Shown here: piece by piece, positions 27,236 through 34,636 of the stretch | How positions within the stretch are numbered: position 1 is the first letter of the stretch | Layout: each line of letters opens with the position of its first letter | DNA from: Candidatus Hydrogenedentota bacterium | Lineage (GTDB): Bacteria; Hydrogenedentota; Hydrogenedentia; Hydrogenedentales; SLHB01 | DNA: 34,636 nt | Assembly: GCA_034408725.1 (NCBI GenBank) | Contig: JAWXCN010000022.1 | Span: 1-34,636 of the forward strand | Reading direction: 5' to 3' | The notes under the pieces: model-generated | The model's database searches: none | Seen by the model: only the letters and a program-made list of their open reading frames with translations | Told to the model about the DNA's origin: nothing | Position numbers and translations under genes: made by a program

Positions 27236-28957
27236 TTACCATTTGATCAACAGAACAAACCCGCTGATTAACAGAGCGACCATGATCCAACCCACAAAAA
27301 AACCGATGATGGAGGTGCGGGACAGCGTTGGTATTTCGAGGCCGAATGCCGTGATGAGCATTGGACGTTGCGCCGGGGTCACCCCTTTTGGAAGCGTGCA
27401 AGGTTCTTCGATGACTTCGCCTGGCACGATGGGCGTGCGCGTCAGGGTATAAAAGCGGTCGAGCTGTTCTTTGGGGACGGGTTTGGTTAGCAAACTGATC
27501 ACGATGCCGGTCAGTGAGGCGACCGTCATGTATCCGAGGATTTGCCAGGGTAAATACACTTCGATTTTCGCGCCTTCGATCCAGACCAGTTTCCATGACC
27601 GCGCCAGCGGAAATGTAGCCAACCAATTGACAAAAAACGGAAGTTCCGTGAGCAACCACACTCCGAATCCCGAGAACGTCGCGGCCCACGCGCCCGCAAC
27701 GGTCATGCGCCGCCAGAGCAATCCAATCCAAAAAACGATCCCCATCATGGGCGCGATCTGAAACCAGATTTCGAGCGCGCGGATTACGTTTTCCACCCAG
27801 AACGCAAACGCAATTGCACCAGCCACAACGATCAATGACGACGCTCGCCCGATCCAGAGATAGTGGCTGTCGGTGCATCCGGGTCGCCAGGGCCGATAGA
27901 TATTTTGCGTGAACAACGCGCCCGCGGCGAGCATGTAGTTGTCGCACGATCCCATGATGCCGGCGATCATCGCGGCGAGGAACAGGCCGAGCAGGCCGGG
28001 CGTCGCGCGCGGGAGAAATTCCTGCGCCATGTCACCGTAGACGTTGTCGGGCACAACGGAATCCAGGGGAACACCGTGCCGTATGTACCACGCGAGCGCG
28101 GCGATAGCGGTCAAGCACCACGCGATGGTGCAGAACCGTTTGATGAAATTGCCGCCCATTAGCCCGACACGGCCTTCCAACTCTGTCTTGCCCGCGCCGC
28201 AGACGCCCATGATGTGCGGTTGCGCGACAATTCCGACGAGCGCTTGCAGGCCCATCATGATGATGAAGAACACGGAGATTTTTCCGGGCGCAACGAGTGA
28301 CAGCTTTGCGGGATCGGTGATGGTTTCGCGCACACCCTCGAGTCCGCCCACGTCGCCGAGGACGAACGGCAGCAACATGAACGAGAACACGACAATGAGC
28401 GTGCCCTGGATCATGTCGGTGATGATCGCGGCGGCGAGACCACCAAGCATGCCGTAGGTGACGAACAGCACGGCGGTGATAAAGATGGCGATTTCGGGGT
28501 TAACCTGCGCCCCCGTGCTGGATTCCATGAGCGCGCCCGTGCCCTTGAGGATCATGCCGATCTTTACGCCGATACTCACAATGCCGACGACGGAAAAAAG
28601 GAGGGCGACGCTGTTGTCGTACCGCAAAGAATATGCGTCGGCGGTGGTGACCGCGCGCAGGCGCCGGAATACGGGCGCGATGATCCAGTAGAACGGTGTG
28701 ACAAACAACCACAGCCATTGGTACCAAATGCCGGATAGACCGGAGGTAAAGGTCGCCGAGGCGACACCTACAGCCTGGTCCGAGGCGGTGCCCGCGCCGA
28801 ACGCGCTCATGACCATCGCCGTCTTGCCGAACTTACGCGGCATGAAAAATTCCGCGATGTTCTTCGCGCCGCGTCCGAACCAAATGCCGAGCGCGCTTGT
28901 TGCCGCGAGATAGACGATGAGCACGGTAAAATCTGCGACGTGTAGTCCGGCGATCAT
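27236..28957 (-). CDS. sodium:solute symporter (SSS family)
   Basis: About 13-14 TM segments; YGMLGGLAAAIITDMIQG, GLLGLFLAAMIAGIMGS. Probable start ATG 28957 after GGGGAG. Confidence 0.92.
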   Translation of the reverse strand: MIAGLHVADFTVLIVYLAATSALGIWFGRGAKNIAEFFMPRKFGKTAMVMSAFGAGTASDQAVGVASATFTSGLSGIWYQWLWLFVTPFYWIIAPVFRRLRAVTTADAYSLRYDNSVALLFSVVGIVSIGVKIGMILKGTGALMESSTGAQVNPEIAIFITAVLFVTYGMLGGLAAAIITDMIQGTLIVVFSFMLLPFVLGDVGGLEGVRETITDPAKLSLVAPGKISVFFIIMMGLQALVGIVAQPHIMGVCGAGKTELEGRVGLMGGNFIKRFCTIAWCLTAIAALAWYIRHGVPLDSVVPDNVYGDMAQEFLPRATPGLLGLFLAAMIAGIMGSCDNYMLAAGALFTQNIYRPWRPGCTDSHYLWIGRASSLIVVAGAIAFAFWVENVIRALEIWFQIAPMMGIVFWIGLLWRRMTVAGAWAATFSGFGVWLLTELPFFVNWLATFPLARSWKLVWIEGAKIEVYLPWQILGYMTVASLTGIVISLLTKPVPKEQLDRFYTLTRTPIVPGEVIEEPCTLPKGVTPAQRPMLITAFGLEIPTLSRTSIIGFFVGWIMVALLISGFVLLIKW

Positions 28958-28993
28958 GATCTCCCCCGAAAAATTCGTGCGCGGCATTGTAGC

Positions 28994-29098
<105 letters not shown>

Positions 29099-29236
29099 AT
29101 CCCCCCGTTTTTATAGCGTCTCTATTGCACTACGACGCAGCCGTAGCGCCTCGGTCGCCTGTCCGCGGCGAAGAATCGGAGCGGTAATATAAGATTGCGC
29201 CACGAATACTGCGAACGATTTCGACCGGTACGAAGA

Positions 29237-29271
29237 ATCGATTACGAACACGAGAATTAGCACTAGCACGA
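29237..29271 (-). repeat. degenerate inverted copy of the TGCTCG/TAATCG array
   Basis: ATCGATTACGAACACGAGAATTAGCACTAGCACGA reverse-complements to TCGTGCTAGTGCTAATTCTCGTGTTCGTAATCGAT. Confidence 0.7.
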
Positions 29272-29335
29272 CAAATTCGAGACACGGGCGTTGGTCGGGA
29301 TACTCTCTTCGTTCATAATCACAATAGGAATTCGT

Positions 29336-30049
29336 ATGCCTTCACTTCTCGAAATCTCCGATGCGATGTCGAACGAATTGCGTTTGCTCACGTTCGCGCC
29401 GCCGATCACGCATGTGTACAACCCGCTCGACTATGCGCGGGACGTTCACGCCGAATACCTTGCACGATACGGGGGCGGGCCAAAGGAGATCGTGCTGGTT
29501 GGCATGAACCCCGGCCCGTTCGGGATGGCGCAGACCGGTGTGCCGTTTGGAGACGTCGCGATGGTGCGGGACTGGCTCGGCATTCGTGGTGATGTCGGCA
29601 AGCCGCAGCCGGAGCATCCCAAGCGCAAGATCGATGGTTTCTGTTGCGCGCGAAGCGAGGTGAGCGGGACGCGGTTGTGGGGCTGGGCGCGCGATTCCTT
29701 TGGTACACCTCAGAAGTTTTTTTCGCGATTCTTTGTACACAACTATTGTCCGCTATGTTTCATGGAAGCGTCCGGTCGAAATTTTACGCCGAACAAACTG
29801 CCAGCGTCGGAACGGGCACAGGTAAATGAAGCGTGCGACCACGCCCTGCGCGGCGTTGTGGAAACGCTGTCACCCCGCTATGTGCTGGGCGTGGGTCATT
29901 TCGCGGAATCCCGCGCGCGGGAGGCGCTCAAAGGCCTCGATGTAACAGTCGGTCGCATCCCGCATCCCAGTCCCGCAAGCCCCGCCGCAAACCGCGGCTG
30001 GGCGAAAGAGGCGTCGAAAGCATTCACGGAGTTGGGGATTTCGTTGTGA
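29336..30049 (+). CDS. SMUG1-type (family 3) uracil-DNA glycosylase
   Basis: Motifs YNPLDYA, GMNPGPFGMAQTGVPFG, EVSG.RLW, NYCPL, HPSPASP. Start ATG 29336. Confidence 0.92.
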   Translation: MPSLLEISDAMSNELRLLTFAPPITHVYNPLDYARDVHAEYLARYGGGPKEIVLVGMNPGPFGMAQTGVPFGDVAMVRDWLGIRGDVGKPQPEHPKRKIDGFCCARSEVSGTRLWGWARDSFGTPQKFFSRFFVHNYCPLCFMEASGRNFTPNKLPASERAQVNEACDHALRGVVETLSPRYVLGVGHFAESRAREALKGLDVTVGRIPHPSPASPAANRGWAKEASKAFTELGISL

Positions 30050-30254
30050 CCAATACTGGTCTTCCAATAATAGGTCCGGGTTGTTGCACTTCGGTGCGCT
30101 GTTAACCGGTTTTCTACCGGCGCGCAATTTGCGAAACGAAGGGTGAATGATTGACGGGTAAATGTGGATAGTGTTGTGTTCTGCGATTTAACCCATATTC
30201 AATTCACAAAGGCCGGCAATTTTAGAAGTTTTGGTTAAATGTGAACCGCAAGTC

Positions 30255-32936
30255 CTATTTTTCAGCGTCGTCGTCTTCAGCGGGAGCATCTGTGAACACA
30301 AGATCACCAAAATCGATTGTCTCGCCCGGGTGTGCTTCGAGTGTTCCCAATTCGATGGGTGCGAGTTCCCGATCGGACAACATTCCGACCTGTACGTGAA
30401 TTTCCATCGTGCCCGGCATTAGGACTGACTCTGCACTTATCAATCCTTCCGTGTCCGTTGCGAGTTGAAGCAGTTGTTCGTTTCCGTCATCAAACCGTGC
30501 AAAGAACTCCAGGGATGTGTGTCGGAGGGGAATTCCGTTTGCGTTCGTGACGCGTGCCTTGACTCCACAGGGTCTATCGAAAACAACTGTCTGTTCAGGG
30601 AGAATTGCGCCCGGCGTGATCTCAAAATGTGGCGTTGCAAACGGTTTTTCTATGTCAAGGTTAAACGGTTTGATTTCCATCCAGAAATCGGTCGCGGGGG
30701 TGTAGATTTTGAAAGGGAGGTTGCCGTCGTCTCCAATTTGAGTCGAATTGCCCCAAGAATAATCAGTGCCATCCGGCAGCGTAATGTGGACGGTGTAACT
30801 GATGCTGTTGACGGAATTTCCAATGTCGTCGATGATGCGTAGCGGCAGAGTCGCCGGTTCGTAGATGGGTAAGTCTACTTCGATTGTTTCTCCGCCTTTC
30901 AAGTCATACGATTTCGCGAAGCGCCGCATGTGGTCATCGCGAATTTCGTCATGGAGCGACCCGTCGTGGTAGGCGACGATCTGGTAACGGCCGGAGCCTT
31001 TCGTCGCATCAACGCGATAATGACCGTCAACGTCGGATTGATTACCGTGTTGGAGGATTTTACCGTCCTTTAGCACGTAGACGGAGATGCGCGGCGCCGG
31101 GGTTTTTGAAATCTCGGTAAGAACGCGTCCTGAGAATGTGATGGGACTTGAAACTTCGGGACTCCACTCGATCGATTCGCCTTCTTTAACTATGAAGTTG
31201 TGTTTTACCTGCAACGGAATTTTCCGGCGATCGTCAACGGGGTCTGTTTTAGAAACATGCGCTCTGTAATTTAATCCCGGATACAAGTTCTTGATGCGAT
31301 AATTTCCGGAAAAATCTAGTGGAACTTCGACTATTTCCATTGGCACTCCGCCAGAATACCAGACTGATAACTCGGGGCTTGGAAGTTGGCCGATGACAAC
31401 TACGGACGTTCCGATATTGAAGGGGCCTGCATTCGGCGCAGAAACGCGCCCGTAGAGTGTGGCGGTGGCCGGCTCGCGCAAAGTAAGCGGTGACGAACCT
31501 ACCGCAAGGTTTGGAAAATAGCATTGACCAATCGCCGGTGAAATGGCTCGTAGCGTAATCCATTCCGTTTCTGGGTCCACCCAAAGCTTGAAACGTCCCA
31601 CGCTGTCCGTGGTGGTGCGGTCCATTGGCAGATAGCTGTCACCTTTCGTGCGCCATGCATATTCAACGGAAACTAGCGCTGAATCCAGCGGTGCATGATT
31701 CACGTCTGAGATTACGCCGTAGACACCAACGGCGTCGCGCATGAAAATTGTAGGCACTGTCGTTTCATCGGCAGGCATTACCGTGACCTGGGTGCGTTGG
31801 CCGAGTTTACCTTCGGCATGCGCAACGACTTCCCCTTTACCAAAAAACGGCACCACATCGAATAGATAACGGCCGTTGTAATCAGTGATGGCTTTGAGAA
31901 AGCGTAACCTGCGCGCGTACGACTCATTCAATCGATAGTAGTCGTCGTGACGTTGCTCGTGGATAACGATCAACAGGATCACTTCCGCATTGGGAACCGG
32001 TTGTTCATCGACGGTATACACGCGTCCCGTCACGCTGCCGGGTTCTGCAGGCGGTTCAGTTGGCGTCGGGGCGGTTTCTTTCGGAGCTTCACTCGGGTTT
32101 TTGGTGAGTGAAATGGGGGCAAGTTCGGGGTTGGCGGTTTGAATGGAAGCCACCGGCTTGGCGGAAGCAGTTTTATCAACGCGGTTTGGGCGTTGCCAGT
32201 AATACGCGAACAGTAGCAGTGCGGCAGCTATCATGACTGCGCCGAACTTTAGACCTGTGCCGACGCCTGTTGTCGCAACGAGAGAGCCTGTGGCTGCGGT
32301 GCGGGAAGGGCCCGCCAGCGCAAGCTTTCCCAGGTTGGCTATGAGTGCGGCAGGCGCAGCTTCCGCGGCATGTTGGAGGCACAGGCTGGAGAGCGCGGCG
32401 ATACTAACGGTAATTGCGCGTTTGCGGAGCGATCCGCGTACGTGATCGATTGCTTGCGCGATACGCAGTGATACGGTCCGCTCGGGGATATTGAGGGACA
32501 GTGCTACTTCCCGCTGCGTTTTTCCTTCCAAAAAATATTCGATTAACGGCGCGTGCAACGCTGGCGGAAGTTCTGCGATCGCGTGGTCGACGTGTTCGAT
32601 CAGGTCGTCCCAGGAAGGTTCGACGGATTGCGGAGTGTCCTGAACGGCGCGGGTTTCGCGTTGTCTTCGCAGCGTTTCGTTGCGGACGCGTTGCAACGAC
32701 CGTTTGGTGGCCACGCCGTGTAACCACGCGCCGATGCTGTTGGTCGTTGGCGCGTGGTCCAGTGTTGCCAGCGCCAGGAAACATTCCTGGGCTACATCTT
32801 CAGCTTCGGTAGCATCGCCCAGTATTCGCCTGCACGTGCCGTAGACCATTCCCGCGTGCGATAGCACCAACGTGCGAAAGGCATCGGGGTCGCGACGTTT
32901 AAGCCAGAGTTGCATCGCGTCGTAGTGCGGTTTCAT
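30255..32936 (-). CDS. ECF sigma-70 factor fused to a TM helix and a large extracytoplasmic region with carboxypeptidase-regulatory-like beta domains
   Basis: sigma2 (EAEDVAQECF, AWL), sigma4 (LPP...EGKTQREVA), TM at about aa 231-247, Pro-rich linker, then repeated G-R-V...P...TDxxGxY/F units. Confidence 0.85.
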   Translation of the reverse strand: MKPHYDAMQLWLKRRDPDAFRTLVLSHAGMVYGTCRRILGDATEAEDVAQECFLALATLDHAPTTNSIGAWLHGVATKRSLQRVRNETLRRQRETRAVQDTPQSVEPSWDDLIEHVDHAIAELPPALHAPLIEYFLEGKTQREVALSLNIPERTVSLRIAQAIDHVRGSLRKRAITVSIAALSSLCLQHAAEAAPAALIANLGKLALAGPSRTAATGSLVATTGVGTGLKFGAVMIAAALLLFAYYWQRPNRVDKTASAKPVASIQTANPELAPISLTKNPSEAPKETAPTPTEPPAEPGSVTGRVYTVDEQPVPNAEVILLIVIHEQRHDDYYRLNESYARRLRFLKAITDYNGRYLFDVVPFFGKGEVVAHAEGKLGQRTQVTVMPADETTVPTIFMRDAVGVYGVISDVNHAPLDSALVSVEYAWRTKGDSYLPMDRTTTDSVGRFKLWVDPETEWITLRAISPAIGQCYFPNLAVGSSPLTLREPATATLYGRVSAPNAGPFNIGTSVVVIGQLPSPELSVWYSGGVPMEIVEVPLDFSGNYRIKNLYPGLNYRAHVSKTDPVDDRRKIPLQVKHNFIVKEGESIEWSPEVSSPITFSGRVLTEISKTPAPRISVYVLKDGKILQHGNQSDVDGHYRVDATKGSGRYQIVAYHDGSLHDEIRDDHMRRFAKSYDLKGGETIEVDLPIYEPATLPLRIIDDIGNSVNSISYTVHITLPDGTDYSWGNSTQIGDDGNLPFKIYTPATDFWMEIKPFNLDIEKPFATPHFEITPGAILPEQTVVFDRPCGVKARVTNANGIPLRHTSLEFFARFDDGNEQLLQLATDTEGLISAESVLMPGTMEIHVQVGMLSDRELAPIELGTLEAHPGETIDFGDLVFTDAPAEDDDAEK

Positions 32937-33023
32937 GGCGCTATCATCCTCTATTCATGCCCATACTGGATAGTGTCCTGAGTTTGAGATTCGTTCGATA
33001 TGAAGTTTGGAAATCGGACCTTG

Positions 33024-33238
33024 CATCCCCCTAAATCTCTCTTCAAAAGGGGGACTTTGAAGAACATCCCCCTAAATCCCCCTTCAAAAGGGGGACTTTT
33101 GAAAGATCGGATCATGCGTGTGACTTTCACACCTCACATCCCCCTAAATCCCCCTTCAAAGGGGGACTTCGAAGAACATCCTCCTAAATCCCCCCTTCAA
33201 CGGGGGGACTTTGACGATCGGATTATGCGCGTGACTTT
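33024..33238 (+). repeat. four ~35-bp palindromic repeats (CATCCCCCTAAATCCCCCTTCAAAAGGGGGACTTT) arranged as a 113-bp higher-order duplication
   Basis: Copies start at 33024, 33065, 33137 and 33177. Copies 1-2 and 3-4 are both joined by GAAGAA and both followed by GATCGGATYATGCGYGTGACTTT. Confidence 0.92.
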
Positions 33239-33358
33239 TGCCAAGGATTTGGGATTCATGACACTAGATGTTCCCACTGCGCCCGGTTTCGGCATTAGAT
33301 TCTGGATTTTAGTTCAGGGATAATTCGTCCGCGGACAAATTGGGGGCTTTTGGATTCA

Positions 33359-34636
33359 ATGGCAAAGCAAACTGTCAGTAGACGAGCATTTTTGGCGGCA
33401 GCCGGCGCTTTTGTTGCGCATTCGGGTTGTGCGACGCGTCCCAACACGGCGCGGGTCGTGCCGAAGAAGCTGTCGCCGAATGAAAAGGTCAATCTTGCGC
33501 TGGTGGGATGCGGTGGGCGCGGATATGAAAACCTCAAAGAAGTCCTGGGCGAGAACATCGTCGCGTTGTGCGACGTCGACAGCCAGCGGGCTTCCCGCGC
33601 GTTGGCTGAGCACCCATCCGCGGCCCGTTACGACGACTGGCGAAAGCTGTTCGACCGTGCCGATACGTTCGACGCGGTAATCGTCAGCACGCCAGATCAT
33701 ACGCACGCGCCGGTAAGCGTCGCGGCGATGCGGCTGGGAAAGCACGTGTATTGTGAGAAACCGTTGGCGCGGACGATTCACGAAGCGCGGGTCATGGCGG
33801 AAACCGCGCGCGAGTATGGCGTCGCAACGCAGATGGGAACGCAGGGCGTTTCATTCGACAATTCTCGCAAGGGTATCGAGATGTTGCGCGCTGGCGTGAT
33901 CGGCGGGCCGCGCGAAATACATGTGTGGACGGATCGCGCGGGCACGTGGTGGCCGCAAGGTGTTGAGCGGCCGAGGGAATCGCCGCCCGTTCCCGCGCAC
34001 GTGAACTGGGACGTTTGGCTCGGCACTGCGCCAGCCCGCGCGTACCATCCGCTTTATCATCCGTTCAAGTGGCGCGGCTGGAAGGATTTTGGGTCCGGCG
34101 CCATTGGAGACATGGGGATTCACAACGCGGCGATTGCGTATTTGGGCCTTGGACTCGGCATGCCGGATGCCGTGACCATAAAATCTTCTCCGCTTTGCGA
34201 CGAAACGTTTCCGGTGTGGTCTGAGCTGTGTCTGGATTTTCCCGCGCACGGCCCGAACCCGGCATTAAAGATGTATTGGTACGACGGCGGACACAAACCT
34301 TCGCAGTCGTTGATCGCCGGTGGAGAACTGAATGGCAACGGCTGCATCATCGTGGGAGAAAAAGGAACGCTGTACTCGGTGGATTGGGCGGGTGACGTAC
34401 ACCACTTGTATCCCGAGGATGCGTTCAAGGAATACGCCGCACCCGCTCCGATATTGCCGCGCGTGAAAAGTCATCACCAGGAATGGATCGATGCCTGCAA
34501 AGGCGGGCCGGAGCCGATGTGCAACTTTGCGGATTTTGCCGCTCCGATGACTGAGATCATGCAGTTAGGGAATCTTGCGGTGTTGGTGGGCCGGGATTTG
34601 AAATGGGATACGAAAGCGATGAAGTCGCCGGACTGC
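33359..34636 (+). CDS. Tat-exported Gfo/Idh/MocA-family oxidoreductase (runs off window end)
   Basis: Not in the ORF track because it has no stop. ATG 33359 gives MAKQTVSRRAFL (twin-arginine), VGCGGRG, STPDHTH, HVYCEKP, QMGTQG, GDMGIH. Confidence 0.92.
   Translation, partial: MAKQTVSRRAFLAAAGAFVAHSGCATRPNTARVVPKKLSPNEKVNLALVGCGGRGYENLKEVLGENIVALCDVDSQRASRALAEHPSAARYDDWRKLFDRADTFDAVIVSTPDHTHAPVSVAAMRLGKHVYCEKPLARTIHEARVMAETAREYGVATQMGTQGVSFDNSRKGIEMLRAGVIGGPREIHVWTDRAGTWWPQGVERPRESPPVPAHVNWDVWLGTAPARAYHPLYHPFKWRGWKDFGSGAIGDMGIHNAAIAYLGLGLGMPDAVTIKSSPLCDETFPVWSELCLDFPAHGPNPALKMYWYDGGHKPSQSLIAGGELNGNGCIIVGEKGTLYSVDWAGDVHHLYPEDAFKEYAAPAPILPRVKSHHQEWIDACKGGPEPMCNFADFAAPMTEIMQLGNLAVLVGRDLKWDTKAMKSPDC

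Noticed and set aside
30163-30171. DnaA-box-like TGTGGATAG
   Set aside because: It is a single 8/9 match with no cluster, which is compatible with chance.
33024-33238. CRISPR array
   Set aside because: The gaps are 6, 37 and 6 nt and are themselves repeated rather than unique spacers. No cas genes lie in the window.
33000-33323. 107-aa ORF with PLNPPSKG repeats
   Set aside because: It is a translation of the DNA palindromic repeat; there is no independent coding evidence.

Overview
A 34.6-kb gene-dense window from a GC-rich diderm (LPS-exporting) bacterium. The gene repertoire is PVC/Hydrogenedentota-like, but that assignment is inference only. In order, it holds: the 5' end of a PP2C phosphatase, divergent from an unusual DnaA-type AAA+/long coiled-coil fusion; a nadC-birA-coaX-lptC-lptA-like-lptB-SprT-like run; nhaA and a sulfatase-like lipoprotein; PilZ, an ABC permease and NAD kinase; an ABC-2 permease; arsR-arsM behind a perfect sigma70 promoter; an NHL-repeat protein; S41 protease-rph-rdgB-tsaC; a four-gene putative sugar-acid catabolic cluster; a SMUG1 uracil glycosylase; a membrane-anchored ECF sigma fusion; and a Tat-exported Gfo/Idh/MocA oxidoreductase truncated by the window end. 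Intergenic spaces carry at least four different REP-like or short tandem repeat families. I saw no rRNA, tRNA, transposase, integrase or CRISPR array. The most notable items are (i) a DnaA-derived ATPase domain with degenerate catalytic residues fused to about 650 aa of coiled coil, next to a sharp strand-skew flip, (ii) an LptA-like protein built from three tandem beta-jellyroll units next to a lipoprotein-type LptC, and (iii) a SprT-like protease with a candidate N-terminal beta-clamp motif.
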